Of a stretch of 64,000 nt of DNA, positions 19,724-28,001 are shown piece after piece. The notes under the pieces were generated by a model. That model saw nothing but the letters and a program-made list of their open reading frames with translations. It was not told the origin of the DNA and made no database searches. The position numbers were made by a program, and so were the translations under genes. Every line of letters starts with the position of its first letter. Positions within the stretch are counted from its first letter, which is position 1. This DNA comes from Alphaproteobacteria bacterium (lineage in GTDB: Bacteria; Patescibacteriota; Minisyncoccia; Phycocordibacterales; JABAAK01): the NCBI GenBank assembly GCA_030054135.1, contig JASGCN010000001.1:104663-168662 (forward strand), read 5' to 3'.

Positions 19724-20977
19724 ATGACATATCTATCTAGTTTTTTTAAAGATACTTTTCTTTTAAAAAAGATACTATTTTTGTTTGTTGGGATTATACT
19801 GTTTCGGGTTATTGCTGCAGTTCCTCTTCCTATTGCAGATACCGCCACTCTTGCGAATCTATTATCTGACAATGCACTTTTGGGAGTATTCAATCTTTTC
19901 TCAGGAGGAGCTTTGTCTCAATTTTCAATTGCCATGTTGGGGGTAATTCCTTACATTACCGTCTCTATTATTATACAATTGCTCACATCTGTGGTGCCAA
20001 CTCTTCATTCGATGTATCACGAAGAAGGAGAAATAGGAAGATCAAAAATTAATCAATGGACTCGCATGCTTGCAATTCCAGTGTCTGCAATTAATGCAAT
20101 AGGTATTCTTTTGTATTTTAAATCTCAAGGGATTTTTCCGAGTTTAGATGTATTTAACTTTATTGTGTCAGTGGTACTCATTGTTGCTGGATCAGCTCTT
20201 GTCATGTGGATAGGAGAACTTATTACTGAATTTGGTATAGGAAATGGGATTTCTCTTCTTGTATTTGTAAGCATTGTAGTAAATATCCCCACAGTATTAA
20301 ATCAGCTCGTTATTAACCAACTAGATGCTCTTACATATCTTTTGTTGCTAGTAATATTCTTTCTTTTTGTTATGGTTTCAGTTTGGATGAATGATGCCGA
20401 TAGACCAGTGCCAGCTTCGTATGCTCGGTTCGGTGTGTCACAATCTGTAGTAGATCGTCGTACTGATACATACATTCCTATCAAAGTTAATTCAGTTGGA
20501 GTGATATCAATAATTTTTTCTTTAACAATTTACTCACTGCTTCAGTTTATTTCACGATTTTTCCAAACAAGTGACATCGCACTTGTTTCTTCAATGTCAG
20601 AAAAAATATACAACACCATAGCAATTGGGTGGGTATCTGCATCACTGGTATTTGTTCTCACAGTAGCCTTCACATATTTTTATGCACCTATTTCATTTAA
20701 TACCAAAAAAATATCAGAATCTCTTCAAAAACAAGGAGCATTTATTCCTTCTAAAAGACCAGGCGAAGAAACTGTTGCTTATTTTGACACTCTTTTATAT
20801 AGAATTACATTGTATGCTTCTGTGTTCCTTGCTATTATTGCGGCCTCGCCTTATTTATTAACAGATCCAGGAGTAAATACATTACTTATTACCGTTGGTG
20901 GGACCTCACTTCTTATTATAGTATCAGTTGTATTTGATATATATAAAAAGATTTACACAAGAATATCAGTAATATAA
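19724..20977 (+). CDS. secY: preprotein translocase subunit SecY
   Basis: 417 aa, 10 TM helices, position after L15. Confidence 0.9.
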   Translation: MTYLSSFFKDTFLLKKILFLFVGIILFRVIAAVPLPIADTATLANLLSDNALLGVFNLFSGGALSQFSIAMLGVIPYITVSIIIQLLTSVVPTLHSMYHEEGEIGRSKINQWTRMLAIPVSAINAIGILLYFKSQGIFPSLDVFNFIVSVVLIVAGSALVMWIGELITEFGIGNGISLLVFVSIVVNIPTVLNQLVINQLDALTYLLLLVIFFLFVMVSVWMNDADRPVPASYARFGVSQSVVDRRTDTYIPIKVNSVGVISIIFSLTIYSLLQFISRFFQTSDIALVSSMSEKIYNTIAIGWVSASLVFVLTVAFTYFYAPISFNTKKISESLQKQGAFIPSKRPGEETVAYFDTLLYRITLYASVFLAIIAASPYLLTDPGVNTLLITVGGTSLLIIVSVVFDIYKKIYTRISVI

Positions 20978-21020
20978 ATGTGGAAGCGTTGCTTATAATT
21001 TTTACACGGTATAGTACAGT

Positions 21021-21608
21021 ATGATTCAAGATAAAAAATATCAAGCATATATTTTTATTGGGCTTCCTGGAGCAGGAAAGGGGACACAGTTGAAAATGTT
21101 TAAAGAACATCTCATTCAAGAAGGGAAAAATTGTTTAGTTGTTGAACAGGGTGCGTGTTTAAGAGAATATGTCTCTGCCAAACAAATATACAGTGCACAT
21201 GTTTCTCATACCATGCAAACGGGCAACATTGTTCCTTCTGCGTTACCTGTCTTTTTTTTTACAAGAGAAATTCTTTTTTCATATAAAAAAGATTCATTTG
21301 TGTTAATTGATGGTACACGTAAATTATTAGAGGCGCAATTGCATATAGAACTGTTGAAATATATTGGTATAAAAAATATATGTGTGATTCATATTGATAT
21401 CCCTACTGAAGAATCAGTAGAGCGTTTGTTATTACGCAAAAGACTTGACGATACCAGAGATAGCATACAACAAAGACAAATGATATACTTAAAAGAAGCG
21501 AAAGCTCTTTTGGATTTTTTTCAATTAGATCCCGACATACATGTGATGCACATTAATGGAGTTGGAGATCCAAAAGAAATATCTATTACTATACGTACTC
21601 ATATATGA
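21021..21608 (+). CDS. adk: adenylate kinase
   Basis: P-loop IFIGLPGAGKGTQ; 195 aa; follows secY. Confidence 0.85.
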   Translation: MIQDKKYQAYIFIGLPGAGKGTQLKMFKEHLIQEGKNCLVVEQGACLREYVSAKQIYSAHVSHTMQTGNIVPSALPVFFFTREILFSYKKDSFVLIDGTRKLLEAQLHIELLKYIGIKNICVIHIDIPTEESVERLLLRKRLDDTRDSIQQRQMIYLKEAKALLDFFQLDPDIHVMHINGVGDPKEISITIRTHI

Positions 21609-22369
21609 TACTTACAACACAGAAAGAAAGAGACGATATTATAGCGTCTGGAAAAATTTTACAAGAAGCGCACGCTCGTGCCCATGCACAAGTGCGGGCT
21701 GGTATTACTACAAAAGAACTTGACACAATAATAAGAGAATATATTTTGTCACAAAAAGCAAATCCTACATTTCTTGGGTATAAACCATACGGCGCAAAAC
21801 GTCCATATCCAGCGTCTTCGTGCATTTCAGTAAATGAAGAAGTGGTACACGGTATTCCCACAGAAAAAGAATATATTCTACAAGAGGGGGATGTGGTTTC
21901 AATTGATGCTGGGGTTACCTATCAAGGAATGATTACTGATGCAGCTCACAGCTATATCGTGGGATCGGGAGATGATATATCAAAAAAACTTGTCAGTGTT
22001 GCTGAAAAAGCGCTTTCTCTTGCACTTACCGTTGCATACGCTGGTTCATACACAGGGACCATTGGTTCAGTTATCGAGACAGCAATTATGGAAGGGGGAT
22101 TTTGTGTATCTCCAGAGTTAGGAGGACACGGAACTGGAAAAGTGTTACATGAAGAACCTTTTATTCCAAACATAGGAGATCCAGACACTGGTTCAAAATT
22201 AAAAAAGAATATGGTGATTGCAATTGAACCAATTTGTATTGAAGGGATCGATCCAAGAATAAAACTTGCAGCCGACGGCTTCACATATATTACAAAAAGT
22301 GGTCTACGCGCAGCGCATGTAGAGCATACAATTATCATTACTGATGGTGCCCCCATTGTGTGCGCATAG
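21605..22369 (+). CDS. map: methionine aminopeptidase type I
   Basis: pita-bread fold motifs (VVHGIP, SIDAGV, HGTGK, IAIEP); 254 aa. Confidence 0.9.
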   Translation: MILTTQKERDDIIASGKILQEAHARAHAQVRAGITTKELDTIIREYILSQKANPTFLGYKPYGAKRPYPASSCISVNEEVVHGIPTEKEYILQEGDVVSIDAGVTYQGMITDAAHSYIVGSGDDISKKLVSVAEKALSLALTVAYAGSYTGTIGSVIETAIMEGGFCVSPELGGHGTGKVLHEEPFIPNIGDPDTGSKLKKNMVIAIEPICIEGIDPRIKLAADGFTYITKSGLRAAHVEHTIIITDGAPIVCA

Positions 22370-22407
22370 TTTTTGCGTTTCACAAAACAAACTGTTATAC
22401 TGTTCGC

Positions 22408-23004
22408 ATGGCATACAATTATCCAGAAAAAGAAAGAACGCTCATCATTTTAAAACCAGATGCAATTCAACGTGTCTTGATGGGAGAAATTATTTCTCGT
22501 TTTGAAAAAATTGGACTTAAAATAGTAGCACTCAAGATGGTACATCCAACTGAATCACATGTGAGAAACCACTATGAAGTAGATCCAAATTGGGTTCGGC
22601 TCACAGGGGAAAAATTTAAAGCATCTCTTATTGAGCGTGGTGAATCACTTGATGGATTTGACCCTATGGCACAAGGAGAAAAAGTTCTTCAACAGCTTAT
22701 CACATACATGGCATCAGGGCCTGTTGTTGCGTGTGTACTTGAAGGAGGGCACGCAATTGCGTTAGTAAGAAAAATGGTTGGAGGAACAAATCCACTTGGT
22801 TCTGATGTTGGAACAATACGAGGGGACTATGTTATTGATTCATATCAAATGGCAGATAAACAAAATCGTTCAGTGAGAAATCTTATTCATGCATCAGGAA
22901 ACAAGCAAGATGCAGAAAAAGAAATAAGTATTTGGTTTACTCCAGCTGAATGTTTAGCATACGATACAGTGCATGAAAGAATTTTATACTCTGAATCAAT
23001 ATAG
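22408..23004 (+). CDS. ndk: nucleoside diphosphate kinase with internal insertion and C-terminal extension
   Basis: ERTLIILKPDAIQRVLMGEIISRFEKIGLKIVALKM, NxxHGSD-like region; ~198 aa versus ~140 typical. Confidence 0.8.
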   Translation: MAYNYPEKERTLIILKPDAIQRVLMGEIISRFEKIGLKIVALKMVHPTESHVRNHYEVDPNWVRLTGEKFKASLIERGESLDGFDPMAQGEKVLQQLITYMASGPVVACVLEGGHAIALVRKMVGGTNPLGSDVGTIRGDYVIDSYQMADKQNRSVRNLIHASGNKQDAEKEISIWFTPAECLAYDTVHERILYSESI

Positions 23005-23434
23005 TATGCGAGATTCTTCTTTCAATCCAACTCCAGCAGAAATAAAAAAATATAAAAAAAGGTTCAATATTCTTTTGCTCTGGCTTATTGCTAGTGCTTT
23101 TTTACTTATTACACATAGTACATTTCTTTCATACCAATGGTATGAAATATACCCGTTGCTTGATATTATCACTCATTGGCTGGGAGGAGTCATATCAGGT
23201 TTTGGTATATGGTATGGATATACAAGGATTATTATGTTGGAATCTTTCTACAATGCACCGATGTGGCGGTGGGGCTCTATTATTGCAGTTGTCATTGTAT
23301 GGGAATTTTTTGAAGTATTTATTGCACGTACTGAAGTTCCTATGGGGTCTCTCTATTGGATAGATACTGGAAAAGACATGATGGTTGGTTTGTTTGGTGC
23401 ATATGGTGCGTATTATGTTATTTCTCGCATATGA
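22973..23434 (+). CDS. hypothetical membrane protein (4 TM helices)
   Basis: 153-aa hydrophobic ORF; TGA stop overlaps infC start (ATGATG). Confidence 0.45.
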   Translation: MKEFYTLNQYSMRDSSFNPTPAEIKKYKKRFNILLLWLIASAFLLITHSTFLSYQWYEIYPLLDIITHWLGGVISGFGIWYGYTRIIMLESFYNAPMWRWGSIIAVVIVWEFFEVFIARTEVPMGSLYWIDTGKDMMVGLFGAYGAYYVISRI

Positions 23435-23982
23435 TGTATCACGCTCATAAAGCTCGTGCGGCGATTCGTGTTCGTATTAACAATGAAATTCGTGCAAAAG
23501 AAGTTCGTGTATTAGGAAATCAAGATGAAAATATAGGTGTGCTTCCACTTAAAGAAGCAATTGCCCTCGCTGCAACACAAGGGTTCGATCTAGTAGAAAT
23601 TTCACCAAATGCCAATCCTCCAGTTGCCAAAATTACTGATTATGGAAAATATCAATATGATCTCAACAAGAAAAAGAAAGAATGGTCTGGCAAAGACAAA
23701 GAAAAAGGAAAGATAGATGGGATGAAACAAATACAGATCAAACCAACCACACAAGGTAATATGCTTGATATGCGTGTACGCATGGTGTCTGAATGGCTCA
23801 ATGAAGGGTATAAAGTGCATATTGATTTATTTCTCTCGGGGAGGTATAAAGCTATAGACGAGCATTTTTTGAAAAACAAGTTTGAAATTTTTTTAAACAT
23901 GCTCTCAACAGAATACACCTACATTGAGGAGATACGAAAAAGCCCAAAAGGATTTTCTGCGGTTATTCAAAAGAAAAAATAA
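23431..23982 (+). CDS. infC: translation initiation factor IF-3
   Basis: INNEIRAKEVRVLGNQDENIGVLPLKEAIALAATQGFDLVEISPNANPPVAKITDYGKYQY and C-terminal domain; start assigned at ATG 23431 overlapping upstream stop. True start could be a non-canonical codon. Confidence 0.85.
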   Translation: MMYHAHKARAAIRVRINNEIRAKEVRVLGNQDENIGVLPLKEAIALAATQGFDLVEISPNANPPVAKITDYGKYQYDLNKKKKEWSGKDKEKGKIDGMKQIQIKPTTQGNMLDMRVRMVSEWLNEGYKVHIDLFLSGRYKAIDEHFLKNKFEIFLNMLSTEYTYIEEIRKSPKGFSAVIQKKK

Positions 23983-23992
23983 TTATCACATT

Positions 23993-24196
23993 ATGAAAGT
24001 AAGCAAAAGATTTTTATCGCGTATTAAAATTACCAGAAATGGAAAGCTTCTTACACGTAAACCTGGGCATACTCACCTTAATGCGAAACAATCACGCAGA
24101 AAAAAACTTAACCGCAAAGGACTCCGCCCAATACTGTTGAGCAAAAAAATGACCAATCGATTTATCCGAACAGCACAAGCATATGGTACGAATTAA
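23993..24196 (+). CDS. rpmI: 50S ribosomal protein L35
   Basis: 67 aa basic protein MKVSKRFLSRIKITRNGKLLTRKPGHTHLNAKQSRRKKL between infC and rplT. Confidence 0.75.
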   Translation: MKVSKRFLSRIKITRNGKLLTRKPGHTHLNAKQSRRKKLNRKGLRPILLSKKMTNRFIRTAQAYGTN

Positions 24197-24530
24197 ACGC
24201 GCAGTTCATGGTCTCAAAAGAAGAAAAAACCTTTTAAAAAAGGCGAAAGGATACCGTTGGAATAGAAGTTCAAAAGAACGACAAGCAAAGGATGCAGTGC
24301 TCCACGCAGGAAATAGAGCGTTCCACCACCGTCGAAAGAAAAAAGGTGAGTTCCGTGCATTGTGGCAAGTGCGCATCACTGCAGAAACTCGTGCTCTTGG
24401 ATATTCATATTCAAAATTTATGGGGGCTCTCAAGAAAAAAAAATCTCCTCTTAATAGAAAAGTATTATCAGAACTCGCCGCGAAACATCCAGACTTGTTT
24501 AAAAAAATTATTGAATATGCTCGATCGTAA
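24183..24530 (+). CDS. rplT: 50S ribosomal protein L20
   Basis: MVRIKRAVHGLKRRKNLLKKAKGYRWNRSS N-terminus. Confidence 0.9.
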   Translation: MVRIKRAVHGLKRRKNLLKKAKGYRWNRSSKERQAKDAVLHAGNRAFHHRRKKKGEFRALWQVRITAETRALGYSYSKFMGALKKKKSPLNRKVLSELAAKHPDLFKKIIEYARS

Positions 24531-24570
24531 GAGCGCATTGGTATAGTTGATACGTGTATACTATACATAT

Positions 24571-25251
24571 ATGAAAAAAAGTGTGCTCGTGAGTGTGGTT
24601 ATTGCTATCTGTGTCATTATTGCAGTACTTGGATATACAAAAAGTGCTTTATTTTCTCCAATTTTTTATATCTCTGAAAAATTTAATATCTTAGGCACAC
24701 AAACTGTTTTGAAGGGTGTGCGAAATATATCAAAAGAAGACCATTATATAGGAGATCCAAAATCACGAATTACAGTAATTGAATATTCAGACCTCTCCTG
24801 TTTTTTTTGTGCTGCAACACAACAAGGGTTAGAACGATTAGTGAAAGAAAAAAAAGTTAATTTAGTATATCGCCATTTACTCCCACAGCAAACCAAAGAT
24901 TCCTTACTACGTGCAAAAGTAGGTGAGTGCATCGCTCAATTTAAAGGGAGAACTTTCTTTTGGGATTATGTTAATTATATTTTTAATAATTTTAAAAAAA
25001 TAAATGAATCCGAAGTAGAGAGATACTATTTATCCATTGGGATACAAAAAAAAGATATGAATACATGTTTACAAAACAATGATTTTGATAAGAAAATAGC
25101 ATCACAAACAAAAGAAGCAACTTCTCTATTTGCTCACGGAACACCATTTATTGTATATTTTGTTGATGGATTTCCAGTACAATTTTCATATAGTCAACCA
25201 TATCGTGGACTGCAAAAAATTATTGACGATATAAACAAAAAAAATATATGA
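24571..25251 (+). CDS. membrane-anchored DsbA-like thiol:disulfide oxidoreductase (CFFC active site)
   Basis: N-terminal TM anchor, thioredoxin-fold CxxC motif DLSCFFCA, DsbA-like alpha-helical insert. Confidence 0.7.
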   Translation: MKKSVLVSVVIAICVIIAVLGYTKSALFSPIFYISEKFNILGTQTVLKGVRNISKEDHYIGDPKSRITVIEYSDLSCFFCAATQQGLERLVKEKKVNLVYRHLLPQQTKDSLLRAKVGECIAQFKGRTFFWDYVNYIFNNFKKINESEVERYYLSIGIQKKDMNTCLQNNDFDKKIASQTKEATSLFAHGTPFIVYFVDGFPVQFSYSQPYRGLQKIIDDINKKNI

Positions 25252-25955
25252 TGTTCCAAAAAACAAAACTTGCAATAGAGCACCATTCAAAGACAATTGT
25301 ATTTGCTGTTGTTTTTCTATTTGGTGTTGTAGCGGGCTACATTATTGGACACAATGTGGGAGCACGAACAACAGTAACACAAGGATCAGTTACTGATGCA
25401 ATTATCAGTGTGCGATCAAGTGATGGGGTATACGGAAATCTTGCGACGGCAGATATTATGATTATTGAGTACTCTGACTTACAATGTCCATTTTGTTTCC
25501 GTTTTCACAATACTGTAAAAAAAGTTGTAGATGAATCAAAGGGAAAAGTAGTGTGGCTGTATAGACAATTTCCAATTATAGAATTACACCCCACTGCACC
25601 AATTGGGTCATACATTTCTCAATGTGTGCTTGAGCATAAAGGACAAAAAGCTCTTTGGCAATTCATTAATGGTATTTTTGATAATTTTGAGACTATACCG
25701 CAAAATGAAACACTCTATCGTAGATACGCAAAAAGTCTCGGGCTCTCTACATCACAGATTGATGCATGTTTAGAAAAAGAATCCAGTGCAAGAAAAATGG
25801 TTGACAGTAATGTGATAGAGGGGAGTGCCATTGGCGTGAATGGTACGCCGGGTGGTTTTATTGTAAATAGAAAAACAAAAAAAGCACATGCATTGGGAGG
25901 GGCAATTCCTGAACAGATACTCCTACAAGCAATTACTCAAATTAGAAAAGAGTAG
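25248..25955 (+). CDS. membrane-anchored DsbA-like thiol:disulfide oxidoreductase (CPFC active site), paralog
   Basis: TM anchor, DLQCPFCFRFH CxxC motif; similar length to upstream paralog. Confidence 0.7.
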   Translation: MMFQKTKLAIEHHSKTIVFAVVFLFGVVAGYIIGHNVGARTTVTQGSVTDAIISVRSSDGVYGNLATADIMIIEYSDLQCPFCFRFHNTVKKVVDESKGKVVWLYRQFPIIELHPTAPIGSYISQCVLEHKGQKALWQFINGIFDNFETIPQNETLYRRYAKSLGLSTSQIDACLEKESSARKMVDSNVIEGSAIGVNGTPGGFIVNRKTKKAHALGGAIPEQILLQAITQIRKE

Positions 25956-25956
25956 T

Positions 25957-26736
25957 ATGGATGTTACAATTTTATTTACATTTGGAACAGTATTTCTCAC
26001 AGGAATTATCACAGCAATTCTTCCGTGTACACTGCCAGTAGTATTTGGATTTTTAGGAATACTTTTACAACAAACAAGCATTCCAAAAGAAAGAATTTTT
26101 CGTGTGATATTTTTCTGTCTTGGGTTTACCGTGATGTACACTTTTTTTGGAGTCATTGTTGGACTCCTTGGGTATTTTACTCAGTCTGCATTAATTGTGT
26201 TAGGTTTTAAACAAGCACTCATTCACATAGGAGGAGCATTTCTTATTATTACTGGAGTGTATAGTTTGCGCGTTATTCCACTAGTGAATAGCGTGATAGG
26301 AAATATGTTTTCCAGTATTCATATATGGATGAATGCTCACACGCCATTTTCTCTCAGTTCAACAAAATCAACCACACCGTTTTTTATGGGGACAATATTT
26401 GCTGCAGGATGGACCCCATGCATAGGAGTAGTTCTTGGGAGTGTGCTTACTCTTGCGGGTACCACAGGGACAGTACTCCTTGGTGGAGCATATTTATTAA
26501 TTTTTTCTATTGGGCTTTCAGTTCCATTTCTTCTTATTGCTAGTGGATACACACGTGCTGAAAAGTGGTTTTATAAACATACATGGGTACTGCGTACTGC
26601 AGAATTCGTGAGCGGGGTTTTTCTTATTGCAATAGGACTTGTGTTTCTCACGGGCTACACTCACCTTTTTGTGCTATTAAGTGAACCATTTGCACAAATA
26701 TTACCAGCAGAAACGTCTTTTCTTGATCATATATAA
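25957..26736 (+). CDS. CcdA/DsbD-family transmembrane thiol:disulfide electron transporter
   Basis: 6 TM helices; Cys in TM1 (ILPCTLPVVFGFLG) and TM4 (WTPCIGVVLG), the hallmark of the DsbD/CcdA family. Confidence 0.7.
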   Translation: MDVTILFTFGTVFLTGIITAILPCTLPVVFGFLGILLQQTSIPKERIFRVIFFCLGFTVMYTFFGVIVGLLGYFTQSALIVLGFKQALIHIGGAFLIITGVYSLRVIPLVNSVIGNMFSSIHIWMNAHTPFSLSSTKSTTPFFMGTIFAAGWTPCIGVVLGSVLTLAGTTGTVLLGGAYLLIFSIGLSVPFLLIASGYTRAEKWFYKHTWVLRTAEFVSGVFLIAIGLVFLTGYTHLFVLLSEPFAQILPAETSFLDHI

Positions 26737-26782
26737 CAATGGGGTTGCACCTGTAAAAAAATAATGCAATACTTGGAATACT

Positions 26783-26956
26783 ATGTCATATCTTATTGCT
26801 TCGTTAAAAGAATTCAAAAACATTCGCTGGTTGTCTTTTTCTCGTGCCATAAGTCTAAGCATACTCGTTCTTGTTGTTGCAATATGTGCTGGATTTTTTA
26901 TAGGTCTCATTGATAAAGGATTTAAACAATTAGTATTTATTATCACCACAATGTAA
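26783..26956 (+). CDS. secE: preprotein translocase subunit SecE (57 aa; below ORF-track cutoff)
   Basis: MSYLIASLKEFKNIRWLSFSRAISLSILVLVVAICAGFFIGLIDKGFKQLVFIITTM: basic N-terminus then single TM helix, immediately upstream of nusG as in most bacteria. Confidence 0.55.
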   Translation: MSYLIASLKEFKNIRWLSFSRAISLSILVLVVAICAGFFIGLIDKGFKQLVFIITTM

Positions 26957-26958
26957 TT

Positions 26959-27528
26959 ATGGAACAACAGACTTCAAACATTCTCGATGCGGTTACTTTT
27001 GGAGATGTGTATGCATGGTATGCGTTACGCGTGCACATGGGATTTGAAGATACTGTGGCAGGAGATTTACAAAAAAGTATTGAAACTTTTGGGCTTCAAG
27101 AAGATGTAAAACAAATACTCATTCCAAAAGAAAAAATAGTTCGTATTAAAAATGGAAAACGAACAGAACAAACAGCACGTATATATCCAGGGTTTGTTAT
27201 TATGCATATGAAGATGTCAGAAAGAATATCAAATATTGTTGGAAGCATTGAACATTCAATGGGGTTTCTAGGAACGAAAGCACATCCGGTTATGTTTGAT
27301 CAAAAAGAAATTGATTCTATGTTTGAACGCATGAAAGATACCAGTGGGTTAAAAAATACAGATATAGGACTTCATGATGTAGTTATTATTGCTGAAGGGC
27401 CATTTGCAAAAATGACAGGACAAGTGGTTAAAATTGATCTGCCGAGAGAGCAATTAACAGTATCTGTGAATATGTTTGGAAGAGCAACTCCGGTAAAGCT
27501 TGCTTTATTCCAAGTAAAAAAAATATAA
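26959..27528 (+). CDS. nusG: transcription termination/antitermination factor NusG
   Basis: NGN domain (YAWYALRVHMGFEDTV) and C-terminal KOW (GQVVKIDLPREQLTVSVNMFGRATPVKL). Confidence 0.85.
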   Translation: MEQQTSNILDAVTFGDVYAWYALRVHMGFEDTVAGDLQKSIETFGLQEDVKQILIPKEKIVRIKNGKRTEQTARIYPGFVIMHMKMSERISNIVGSIEHSMGFLGTKAHPVMFDQKEIDSMFERMKDTSGLKNTDIGLHDVVIIAEGPFAKMTGQVVKIDLPREQLTVSVNMFGRATPVKLALFQVKKI

Positions 27529-27534
27529 TTATAT

Positions 27535-27957
27535 ATGGCAAAAGTTGTAAAAAAAATAGTGAAATTACAAATAGAAGCGATGAAGGCAACACCTGCACCT
27601 CCTATTGGGACCGCACTCGGCCCAACCGGAGTAAACATTGCAGATTTTTGTAAACAATTTAACGATAAAACAAAAGATAAGGCTGGAGAAATAGTACCAG
27701 TGGTAATTTCTGTATACGATGACAGAAGTTTTAGTTTTATTATGCGCACTGCTCCTGCTTCATACTATTTACGCACCTATGCAAAAATAGAAAAAGGATC
27801 AAGCAAACCTGGCTCACAACGAGTCGGAATTATTAGCAAAGAAGATGTTCGAAAAATTGCAGAGAAAAAAATGGTTGATTTGAATGCACGTTCTATAGAT
27901 CAAGCAATGAACATTATTGCAGGAACAGCTCGCTCAATGGGTCTCGAGGTTAAATAG
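27535..27957 (+). CDS. rplK: 50S ribosomal protein L11 (not followed by L1)
   Basis: MAKVVKKIVKLQIEAMKATPAPPIGTALGPTGVNIADFCKQFN. Confidence 0.9.
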   Translation: MAKVVKKIVKLQIEAMKATPAPPIGTALGPTGVNIADFCKQFNDKTKDKAGEIVPVVISVYDDRSFSFIMRTAPASYYLRTYAKIEKGSSKPGSQRVGIISKEDVRKIAEKKMVDLNARSIDQAMNIIAGTARSMGLEVK

Positions 27958-28001
27958 TCTATACATTCTAGAAAATTTTTATTCGTTGTGTATCATGGAG
28001 T

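Noticed and set aside
26701-26967. 88-aa minus-strand ORF between ccdA and nusG
   Set aside because: The plus strand here encodes a convincing 57-aa SecE directly upstream of nusG, so the minus ORF is antisense noise.
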